From Atractiella rhizophila (taxonomy: Eukaryota): DNA of 33,710 nucleotides. Below the pieces are notes generated by a model. It did no database searches. It saw only the letters and a program-made list of their open reading frames with translations, and was not told the DNA's origin. Shown in pieces: positions 24,277 to 33,710 of this stretch. A program made the translations under genes and the position numbers. Positions within the stretch are counted from its first letter, which is position 1. Every line of letters begins with the position of its first letter. The stretch spans positions 56,144 through 89,853 of the forward strand of contig MU271331.1 of assembly GCA_021432655.1 (NCBI GenBank). Direction: 5' to 3'.

Positions 24277-26230
24277 ATGTCCAAGCTTCCGCTACGTTCT
24301 CTGCTGCACCAGTGCAGGAACCAAAGCACGACCTCCATCTTCTCCAAATCGCCACTCCAAGCCGGCGCACCTTTCGCACGCCTGCCGACCTCAGCGTCAA
24401 CGACACCAACAGCGAGCTCAACTTCTACCCTGCAGGTCAACGAAAAGGGGACGAGTGAGAGCGGGAAGCAGAGGAAGGAGTGGCCGGAATGGACCAAGCA
24501 GGGAGCGTTGGAACCGCTGTGGGGGAATGGGAGGAAGAAGGACTTGACGGACCTTAGGGAGGGGTTTCGGAGGAGGTTGAAGGAGGTGACAACTGGTCAG
24601 TCAGCTGATATTTGGTTGGTGATGGATGCACGATTTTACGAAGAGGATATTGCTCTCTTGTTTCACGCGAAGTGACATGGACTCTTGTCAAGAGCAAAGA
24701 GGAACTTTATACCCATAGTCAGCCTCATGCGACGTATATGCTTCATGCTCTCTCTCAATACTAAGGGTCACCAACGTGAAGTTCTGTCCGTTACACCTTT
24801 TGCATTCGCATGCGATCCTTTGCTCTGGTATTTGTGTTCAAATTTATAGTTCTAGACAACATGCGTTTTATTTGTGCTTTTGCAAAGTGCAGAGTACACA
24901 AATATTTTATTCGGCGTAATGGACTTTGAAAGAATTTTTCAAGGGCTAAAAGATATCAAAACCTGCGCTTTAGCAGCAGAGAGAAAGGGTCAACTTCTGT
25001 ATCAACACGTATCCTACTGCTGGATGGCGTAGTGAAGCACCTCCTATGACGGCTTTATGCCTACTCTCTAGATTGCGTAGAGTAGTTGTTGCGGCCATTC
25101 AAAATCATTGTGGAATTTGATTCAATCTACTTGTACCGCAATGTTGAGACGCCTTCTACGGCTAAAACATGCACGCCTTTTTGCTGTCCATGTCAAACTG
25201 AATTATAATCATTAACCGCATCACTAACGTTCTCTCTTGTGGAACCACAATTATAATCATTAACCGCATCACTAACGTTCTCTCTTGTGGAACCACAGGC
25301 ACACCTCACGCGAACAAAGACATCTTCAACACCATCCTCTCCTCCACTTCCACCGAGCCTTCCCTCCGCTCGCCTCAAGCCCTGCACTACGCGTCTCTCC
25401 TTCTAAACAACTCATACATGCTGTCATCACTTGTCCGTACCTTTCAACTTTCCCCTTTTCTAACACTAACCTAAATCATATATAGTCTTCAACCCCTACC
25501 CCATTCCCCTCCCGCTCCGACAATCCCACACCCCTCGCAAATTGCATCTACGATTCCTTTCGTACATATGAAGGCTTGAAAACCTACTTTTCCTCCGCCG
25601 CGATGGGCGTAGAGGGAGAAGGCTTCCTCTGGCTCGTACTCCAGGAATCGAAGGAGAAATCCCTGAATGCGGAGAAGAGCATCAATGCCGGTGTCGTCCT
25701 CACGGCTGGAACGGGGACGATGCTTGTTCAGGGAGGAGAGAAGAGGGGAGCGTGGAATGGCGTTTGGGGAGTTGAGGACGCGAAAAATCTTCCTCCGTTG
25801 AATGTGCGCCATCCCATTCACCTTTTTCGTTGATGAGTTAAGTGAGGACACTGATGATTTCCTTCTTGGTTGATCTTAACGTGTACAGAAGTCAAGGTCG
25901 TCCTCTCCACTGGTATGTTCACTCCAAAACTTTGAAAACACGACTGTGAACTAATCCTGGCGGGCACAGGATCGTGTTGGGCGGTTCACCGTGAGCTCGC
26001 AGGAACCATGGACGGCCGTCCACCCTCTGTTCTGCCTGTCTCTATACGAACATTGCTGGCTGAAAGACTATGGCATATTGGGAAAGAAAGAGTATGTGGA
26101 GAACTTTTGGAAGGTTTTGGATTGGGATAAGCTCGAGGAGAGATTCGAGAGGATCTTAGAAGCGGAGAGGGAGAAGACCGAGCAGAAGAGAGCGGCGAGG
26201 AGGGAGAGAAGCTTGTTTTCGAGGGCGTAG
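24277..26230 (+). CDS. Fe/Mn-SOD-fold mitochondrial small-subunit ribosomal protein (Rsm26/Mrp1; mS42/mS43-like); 5 exons, first intron 24596-25298
   Basis: The spliced product has a presequence-like N-terminus, then ALHYASLLLNNSYMLSSL, SFRTYEGLKTYFSSAAMGVEGEGFLWLV and PLFCLSLYEHCWLKDYGILGKKEYVENFWKVLDW. This is the SOD fold with the metal-ligand motifs (HxNH, DxWEH) degenerate, as in Rsm26/Mrp1. Confidence 0.82.
24596..25298 (+). other. Unusually long (703 nt) structured first intron of the Rsm26-like gene
   Basis: GTCAGT donor at 24596 and CACAG acceptor ending at 25298 join in phase 1 (G|GC = Gly). There is a long-range inverted repeat at 24673-24702/25176-25195 plus several internal stems. 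Confidence 0.75.
25201..25296 (+). repeat. Perfect 2 x 48-bp tandem duplication spanning the intron branch point and pyrimidine tract
   Basis: AATTATAATCATTAACCGCATCACTAACGTTCTCTCTTGTGGAACCAC occurs at 25201-25248 and again at 25249-25296. Confidence 0.97.
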
Positions 26231-26349
26231 AGGCGCGTGTTAGGCGATATTTGGGTATGCAGTAGTTTACTCAAAAGTACATTATATCCAGATCATTCGC
26301 ATTTCGCATTCCGCTGCACTATGGATGAGAAGTGGAACGACATGAGGAT

Positions 26350-27880
26350 TACTGTAGAGGAGCATCGAATTTCAGAGCGAATTTCAACACTACTTCAAGA
26401 CCTGTGAGTCACCATGAAGAGAACATTGTCAAAAGTTTCATAAAATGTGATGTGGACAAACGGACACGCGCGTAACAAAAGATGCCATTGACCATCACTG
26501 CTTCCCGCTCTTGTCTTCGATGCTTGGTGCCGTACGTCCAAGATTCTTCATATTCGGTCAAACTCTTTAAGTCCTTTTGAAGAGATGGTGATCACTTCCC
26601 GCAATGCAGCCTGTCCGTCAGGAGTCTCGAGGTCGTTATGGGTTTCTTCAAGGGGATCATCGTTTGTGTGGGCACAATCACCTTTAACGTTGTCATTACT
26701 AAACTGGTGATACTACATGCTGTGAGTATAACAGCTGCACGACATGGAACATTCGCGATATCTTCGAGGAGTACCCTTGTTTCCATCCTCAATTCCTCTA
26801 TCTTAATTAGAATGTAACCTCAACAGGCTCGTTCCTCCGGGGGCGATATCGAAGGTGGACGACTCTTGGCTATGCACTTGCAGTCGTGGAAGACTAATCT
26901 TCTTTGGTCGTTGAGCACGGGTCCTCTTCTTTCGCGGTTCCTCGATCCAACTGGCATCTTGACGAAGGAGGTTTTTCTGAATGACGTTATACGCAAGGAT
27001 GCAGCCTTCTCTCGTCATCGGATCCTGTGGCACTTGAAAGCAGTAGACGTCTTTCTCATCCACCAAATTTTCCGTGACAACGCGCTGGCAGTCTTGCGCC
27101 ATCCGAGCAGACAGAAGTCCAGCGGGCTCTGGGACCCTTTGATCTTTCAACCAAGCACGCAATGGTTTACTCTACCAAGAAAATCAACCTAGGCACGTGA
27201 TGTAAGAGTTTCCAGTGCACTTACCCAAAGATGGCTTCCATTCAACGCGCTCACGGCATATTCAGCATCCGTGGCACGAACAAATGTGACCACAGATGTT
27301 TGGAGCGGCTGCACAGTGCGCTCCCAATACTGATCGTAGATTTCGAATGTACGTCGCAAGGCGATTTCGAAGTCTCCTTTCGCCGTCATGGGAATGTTTT
27401 CGAACACGGCTACCGTGCTGCTCCAAATTCGTCAGAGCCTGCATGAAAGGGTCCGAAAGGCTCACCCAGGCATGTCATTTCTATGGGGTCTCAACTGTAC
27501 CATCTCAAAATTGATTCTGCGGCGTCTGCTCTTGAGACAGCTTCTAAATAGATACTTTCCCGTCAGTTCTTCTTCCGCTTCGATGAGAAGAAAGGGACAG
27601 ACCTTAAGGAGCAGTAATAAATCCGCCGTTTGGTGGTTTGTGAAATAAATGTCGTTGTTCCTTCAAGGGAGGTGTGCTATCCGCCCGGAAAATTCTACTA
27701 CTGAGGACCTCTTCAGACAAACCGCTTTCCCTTTCCCTCCCCTTTCCTCAGAATCCAAAAGGATCACTAGTCCCGCTCTATGATGTTCCTCCTATTCTCT
27801 CACCTCTTTGGCTGTAGTGGAAGACGCCCTGGTATGATCCTCTTCGACAGCTGTCTAATAACCCTGTCCCCCGATCCTCT
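26350..27880 (-). pseudogene. Decayed spliced gene containing an RRM-like domain
   Basis: The exon TVAVFENIPMTAKGDFEIALRRTFEIY...VVTFVRATDAEYAVSALNGSHLW resembles an RRM and is flanked by good introns (GTGAGC..CTGAC..GCAG; GTAAGT). Upstream exons carry in-frame TGA stops at 27493-27491 and 27665-27663. Boundaries are approximate. Confidence 0.45.
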
Positions 27881-29231
27881 TCATTATTGACAATGCTGGC
27901 TTAAAATATTTCAGAATAGCTCAAGAGAATGCCTCAGAGCAATTTACAACCGATGTGAGTACCCAAAATGTGTCAAGGTCCAAAGAGGGAGAGGAAGGGT
28001 ACATGCACGCTGATCAATCGTTCGGTTTCGGTGGGTGGAACACGATATGTCTCTCCTGTTGACAACTGCTCCCTTTCACTAAAAGTCGAGAGACAATAAT
28101 GCACTTTCAGTTGTTATTACGGAATTGTGACTATTTGGGCGGCCCACGGTGGCCCTCCTTCCTTCAGCCCAAGGAAGCAGCATGGCTTATAACTGATCCC
28201 GTTTCGAGACAGCTTCTTTTCAAACGCAACAAAGCAAAGAGATCGTGTCTCTACAATGTTATGAAGGAAAGCACTTGTACTTAAATCGAAAAGTCGTTGT
28301 TATTGTTTGGGTCATTCTTTAAGCGATGACAAGACCCAAGGTATTGCACAATAGAATGTGTTCCTTTTCGGTGGACATCCCTTCGATGATGAAGGGGGGA
28401 TTGGACGAAAATTCAGGACGCGTTAAGCAGCACAGTCACTGCTGCGAGTACCCTTTAAAAACTAATGTTTAGACACTGAATAACCGTTTGCGCGCCAGGG
28501 TAGGACGAACAACCAGATCACATCCACTATCCCTGATAGTTCCATTGTTTCTCTATCCAGTTTTGTGGGAAGAAACGGTTGAACCTGGACAAGATGACAG
28601 GTGACACGCTGCCTGCCCTCCCTTCGTTTCATACTAGGAGGGCACGCAAAGTCGATCGTCATCTTTTTTATTAGACTTCTTCGAAATGGAAAGCACGTTC
28701 AGGGCAGTCGTCTTCATATTTCCCTGAACGAGTGATGGGATGGCGACAGGGGATCGACTGCTCAACGGCACTCTTACGGTGTATTTTCTATGCTTGAGAT
28801 CCCATTTACTTTTCTTTGGTCACGAGCTTATATGGAGATTGTCCATGACGGGGAAATAAGCCACATAGAACTGACACAATTCTGAATCATCTCCTCTATC
28901 CCGTACTATCTGTCGATGGCAGTTTTGAGTAGATTGAGGATAAGCCTCAAAGAAGGGCTTTCGCTACTGCTTTCCATCCACGACTGATGATTACTGTCTA
29001 AAGGACGTCAGATGCGCGCTCCGATACTCTATTCCTCATGCATGAATCGCCGTGCGTTATGGCGATGGAAAATCGCGAAAGAACGACTTGTATGATAGCA
29101 TTGATCAACAACGTCTAGCACACCACAGCACCACATCCTCCCACTTTCACGCACTCACCAGCAATAGGGTCGGACACACCTCTCCTCCTTCCCTCTCCCA
29201 TTCCTCCACCCTTCTTTAAGCAGTGCTAAGC

Positions 29232-29538
29232 TCAATACTGACTCCCGTCACTACTCCAACTCGCCCTTCCCTCCACTCCCAATCCCGACACCAAATCCTC
29301 GACCGATCTCAACGTAGGGAGGCGCTGACACACGACCTGAGAACCCACTGACCTCCTGGGGGGACGGATCTGAACCCTTACATTAGAACAGGAAAGGGGA
29401 AGAAAGAGGGAGAAGACGGACGTCTGGAAGATAGACGCTTTCCACGCTCTGCGGGTTCCTGGGGAGCGTGAACTTGGGCTTGCGGGTGAGAGGACCGTTA
29501 GGGACGAGGTTGAGAGAGCTTGGGGGACCGCGTCGCAT
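29232..29538 (-). CDS. 84-aa spliced small protein of unknown function (exons 29538-29422, 29369-29232)
   Basis: The ATG sits immediately after a 5' UTR intron (GTAAGC...CTGAG...GCCAG|C ATG). A 52-nt phase-0 GTCCGT...CTAAT...TTCAG intron joins MRRGPPSSLNLVPNGPLTRKPKFTLPRNPQSVESVYLPD to IRPPRRSVGSQVVCQRLPTLRSVEDLVSGLGVEGRASWSSDGSQY*. Confidence 0.65.
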
Positions 29539-30139
29539 GCTGGCAAGGCAACGAAACTCAGTTCTACTTTTTAGACTATAGCGCAGGCTGCTTACTTGGA
29601 GGATATTGAAGGAATGTATAACTCAGTTATATCGATATGGAAGGAGTGAGATTGGGCCGTCAAGGTCCACGCCTGCGTCGTCGTTTTTCAACCCAACCAT
29701 AATTGACTCGGTCTGCGGGAAGCAGCTGGCAAGCAGCAGCAAGCAACCAACATCCAACAAGTTCGATCATACTTATGCGGATGAGAGGGCGTTGAGGTAC
29801 CAATCGATATAGGTGATATAGGTGATCAGGAGTCGCAGGGATTTGCAAGGAGAAGGAAGGATGCCACCGCTCCTCCCTCCGCAATGGGAGGCGAGAGCTG
29901 TCCAGTTTCTTACCCAAAAGGTGTGTCTCTGCAGTTTTCTACATCTATGTCATACTCCTCTCCTCTAGTTTACAGAAGCAATCGTTGATTGATTGATTGG
30001 TAGTTGCTACAATCCCCCACTTTCGTCGGTGGTGTACAGGCGGCACATCGAAAGGCGCTGGAGTTGAAGGAGCAGTGGATGCAAGGTTCGTGAATCATCT
30101 ATGTTGCCTTGTGTACATGTTAACATTGGGACGATAGCA

Positions 30140-30409
30140 ATGTTGCCACCTCAACAAGGGGATGAACCTGCTCCATCTCAATCTCCGCCACACTCCTCCT
30201 CCTCCTCTTATTCCCAACCAAATGCCTCCCACCAGTCCTACCCTTTCAATAGTAGCAATTCAAATGACCAACGCTGGAGAAGAGATCGAGATCGAGAAGG
30301 GACTCAAAACAAAAATACTGGAAGCGGTGAAGAGGGAGAAGCGAAGAGGGAGAAGGACAGAGAGGAGTTGGAGCGGATATTGCAGGAGTTGAGGAATGGG
30401 CGGAAGTGA
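30140..30409 (+). CDS. Short low-complexity hypothetical protein (~89 aa)
   Basis: Coding-like composition: a Pro/Ser/Gln N-half and a charged helical C-half (KREKDREELERILQELRNGRK). No recognisable domain. Confidence 0.35.
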   Translation: MLPPQQGDEPAPSQSPPHSSSSSYSQPNASHQSYPFNSSNSNDQRWRRDRDREGTQNKNTGSGEEGEAKREKDREELERILQELRNGRK

Positions 30410-32166
30410 TGGGATACGCATTGCAGGCGGAGGAAAAGGAGTAGGTTCGTACCTTTTGTGTCATTGTATTCGGAGAACCCTGTAAGTTGCGGGGAGTGTA
30501 TTTTTATGGTTCTTTTTGTTTGGATCCAGCGTCGGAGAAGGAGTGGAGATGGCATCCGTAAGAAAAGCTTGCTTCGGCGATGATAAGATCACGCTGAAGA
30601 TAACGAGGTCTCTGATCGCAGGAGAGATCCAGCAGAAGTTCCTGGTGGATGAACTTGTTAAACCTTTACTTTCTTTTTTTCGAAAATCCGTCGCGTTTCA
30701 GTATTCAAAGCCCGAGCTTCTCATCAGGTTTGGACAAAATCGATTGGCTGTGGTTATCAGTGGATGGTTAAAAAGAAGCGAATGTAGCATTGCCTATGTG
30801 TTCAGACGGCATGAATAAAGAAAAAGAAGCATCAAAGAGTGTTGGACGCAGAATGGTGGCGCGTCTACAGCCGCCCCTTCACTCTGTATAGTATCTGTGA
30901 CATGCCTGGTGGAAGGGTTGGATTTCGTGTTCAACATGGAAGCGAATATCATCCTGTCTATGATCCGTACCTTTATACCCTGTTACCGGAACCCCTCAGC
31001 TGAATGGCCAACTATGATCACGATTGAGTTCTCTTCTCAATCTTTGTGCTTGCGAGGCCCATCAGTCTTTTCCTTTCCTCGGATCTTCACCCTCACATAC
31101 CATAATAGCATTCGGTTGACTTTTGACAATTTTACCCGTGAAGCACTTCGAACGATGGCTGCGTACAATTCTATTACGACTTTTTGAAATCAGTGACATT
31201 TTTAAAGAAGAGATTACTGCGTTGAAGGAAAGGCATCAAAGCGAATGCCAGCAGGATATGCAGATTTCAAGAACGTCAGTTTGTTCAGTCGTTAAATATC
31301 GTGATAACGACCGGTTCCGTCAAGTTCCCTGCTCGGCTGAGCCGACTTAAAGTGCGCATGCGCCGTGACGGAGTTCAGCATTAAATAATTGGAGATGTTG
31401 AGGAGATAATGTTCAATAATTCGGCCGTTCGCGCTTGCATGGCTTCTGGCTTACAAAAGGATCATCCTACCCTGACAATGGGAATCCAGTTTCACGCCTA
31501 TGCTCTTCCCTTGTGGGTTGCAGTGACTCTTTGCAAATTCTTGTTCAGTGGACAATGGAACGATGTGTTCGTCGTGCTCATCGTGCTCGAGTCCGCCGAG
31601 TTGAGGAATTCTTGTTGTTTACGAGGAAGCGAGCTTGGCGGAACTCCTCCTCTGACGAATCTCTTCTCGCTGGATATCCGCCGAGCAGAAAGGATCCCGT
31701 CAATAATCCTCTTACTGTTCTCGATTTCGAGAACATTTTCGTGACCTGAGTTGGCACACAGAGTTCTAAAATATCTACAAACCTTTTCAGATCTCAGCTC
31801 AAGTGCGATAATTCAATTGTTCATTTACACAAAATTTGCTTTCCTCTGGCAACCACGCGTGAACATACGATGAGAGTGCCAGATCCCGATTTTCATTACC
31901 AATGATTTGAACCCGTCGTCCTTCGGAGTGCCCTGATCCGCGCATCGCGAACGCAAAGGCGCGTTGAAGCGACGGGGTCAAAAGCTTGTAACTGTTCCAG
32001 CCTTCTTACGGACGCTCACCTCCGCCTGCTATTCCCTGGCCTGGCCTACATAACCTGCCATGCTAGCGACAGCCTTAGGACGTCTCAACTCAACAACTTA
32101 CACTACAACCGAAGCCACCACCGAAACTTGATATTTGCATAGTAGAGGAAAAGGGCTGATTGAAAA

Positions 32167-33659
32167 ATGGCTGATCAAGCCACTATTCATAATGTTGTCG
32201 ATCGTGTCGCCGCTCCACTGCTCGTGGGCAGCTATGTCGCTGCTGGATTTTGGAGTGTACAAATGGTCCTCACGTATCAGTGGTGGGTCAGCCATTGGCG
32301 ATCTGACCATTGGTTGATCAAGATAGCATTACTTGCGGTACGTCCTGCTCTGCTGTCTGGTTGGAGCGAACATTGATATCGCGTGAGGATAGCTGGGTAT
32401 TAATAACACGCTGCAAATAATCGCTGAGACTGCCAGTGTCTACGACTATACGATTACGCATTGGGTAAGTTCCTCGGCGGCCCTGCAACTCTTCCGTTGT
32501 ATGAACAGTTGGGCCATTTAGAGTGACCTGTCATACCTTGCAAACCAAGTTCGTATCCTTCCCAAGATATTTTTATTCAGTATACTAATGAATCCGCTGA
32601 AACAGCCATGGCACATCATTGTCTTCGAGATCACTCTTGGATTCTCTGCCTTCATCGTCCAGTCATTTCTCATAACGAGGTACTGGCGGCTCACTCGGAA
32701 TTGGTTCGTCGCCGGTGCCTTAGCATGTTTCTCGCTTGGCTCCGTAAGCTGCCCTCCCTTTCCGTCTGGCATACACAGTGATCTGATTAACCTTCCCAGT
32801 TGGGTGCTGGTTTGGCTACTGGGATCGGAATTACTATCTTTAAGGAATTTGACCAACGATCACATCTGACGACCGTCATCACGGTCTACTTGACAGGAGA
32901 AGCAATAACCGGTGCGTTCCCTGTTTTGAATTTATAGATATCTCCCCTGATCCATTCCGCCGCAGATTTACTTATCTCTCTGGCTCTCATCTTTCATCTT
33001 TTAGGATACAGAAAACGCACCTCCTTCGAGGAGACGCGAGGGTGCGTCCTTTACTCCACGTTGAGCATTTATTCATCGTATTGCGTAGGCTCCTGCAGCG
33101 GCTCATATTTGCTGCTTTTGAAACGGGATTCATAACATCAGCATGGGCAATGGCGACGTTAGCCGCCTTCCTGGCACGAAAGGACACCAATGTTCGTCAA
33201 GCTCCATCCGTAGCATTCAAACTGATCAGTGCATACCAGTACGCGCCTGGCATCGCATACCCTCTAGGTGCCGGATGTAAGTCTTCCCAAACGTTAGCTT
33301 GCCTGCCATTTGAGACTCACGACGAATATGCAGACGGACTCGTACTGCTCGTCAATCTCCTCATATCCTCCATCAAAGGACCAAATACCATGACTGTCAG
33401 TTCCGGTTCACGCTCCCACAAATACAGGGGAACTCGCACAGCTGGGCAATCAGAGAACTTCACAGAGGTTCGGATCGAGACCGAAGTCCAAGTGGAGCGC
33501 GAGATCGTGCGTCACTTCTCCCCTTCCTCTTTGCGTTTGCCTGGTCTGACTTGTTGCATCGATGCATAGGAGATTGGACCGACACAGATCGCGCTCACGA
33601 GAATGGAAGCTCCATTTCCGAATGATGCCAAGGATCAGGACCAAAAGGACATGGTCTGA
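32167..33659 (+). CDS. Multi-TM (about 7 TM) membrane protein of the basidiomycete DUF6534-like family; ~9 exons
   Basis: The spliced frame is continuous: APLLVGSYV, SDHWLIKIAL, VYDYTITHW|SDLSYL, AFIVQSFLITRYWRLTRN, ITD|LLISLALIFHL and LLQRLIFAAFETGFITS. Stop TGA at 33657-33659. Confidence 0.8.
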
Positions 33660-33710
33660 ACTTTTCAGCATTTTCAGCGTTTCTCTCGTCTTGAAAGCCT
33701 GTTGACTGTC

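Noticed and set aside
1746..25150. Short words shared by the two long introns (TAGTTCTAG, GATCCTTT, ATTTGTRTTCA, ACCTGCGCT)
   Set aside because: A few 8-9-mer matches are expected by chance between 600- and 700-nt sequences on two strands, and their order and orientation are inconsistent.
24673..25195. MITE interpretation of the intronic inverted repeat
   Set aside because: No target-site duplication is visible, and the arms include a 10-nt bulge and a G-U pair, which look more RNA-like. Not fully excluded without a genome-wide copy search.
25201..25296. CRISPR-like repeat
   Set aside because: Two directly adjacent copies with no spacer, inside a eukaryotic intron.
24277..26230. Active Mn/Fe superoxide dismutase
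   Set aside because: The metal-binding motifs are degenerate (SLYEH instead of DxWEH; LNNS instead of HxNH).
30500..32100. Several 75-110 aa ORFs on the + strand
   Set aside because: No recognisable domain, coding bias or consistent splice model; treated as intergenic.

Overview
Gene-dense, intron-rich fungal genomic DNA, most likely basidiomycete (inferred from short ~50-70 nt GT-AG introns with CTRAC/CTAAT branch points and from the gene families). I reconstructed spliced genes by hand. In order: TIM21 (-), a small Zn(II)2Cys6 transcription factor (+), an FLVCR/SLC49-like MFS transporter (-), a divergent CSC1/OSCA-like membrane protein (+), HRQ1 helicase (-) head-to-head with a HIS2-type PHP phosphatase (+), an uncharacterised mitochondrial-looking protein (-) head-to-head with a SOD-fold mitoribosomal protein (Rsm26/Mrp1-like, +), a decayed RRM-like gene (-), an 84-aa spliced microprotein missed by the ORF track (-), and a DUF6534-like multi-TM protein (+). 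The most unusual signal is two first introns about ten times longer than the local norm (593 nt in TIM21, 703 nt in the Rsm26-like gene). Both lie in mitochondrial-protein genes and contain many stems. The Rsm26-like intron has a 20-bp long-range closing helix with a mutually exclusive alternative pairing and a duplicated branch-point region. Three 1-nt homopolymer deletions break otherwise intact conserved genes and are probably assembly errors. No tRNA, rRNA, CRISPR array or intact transposon was recognised.
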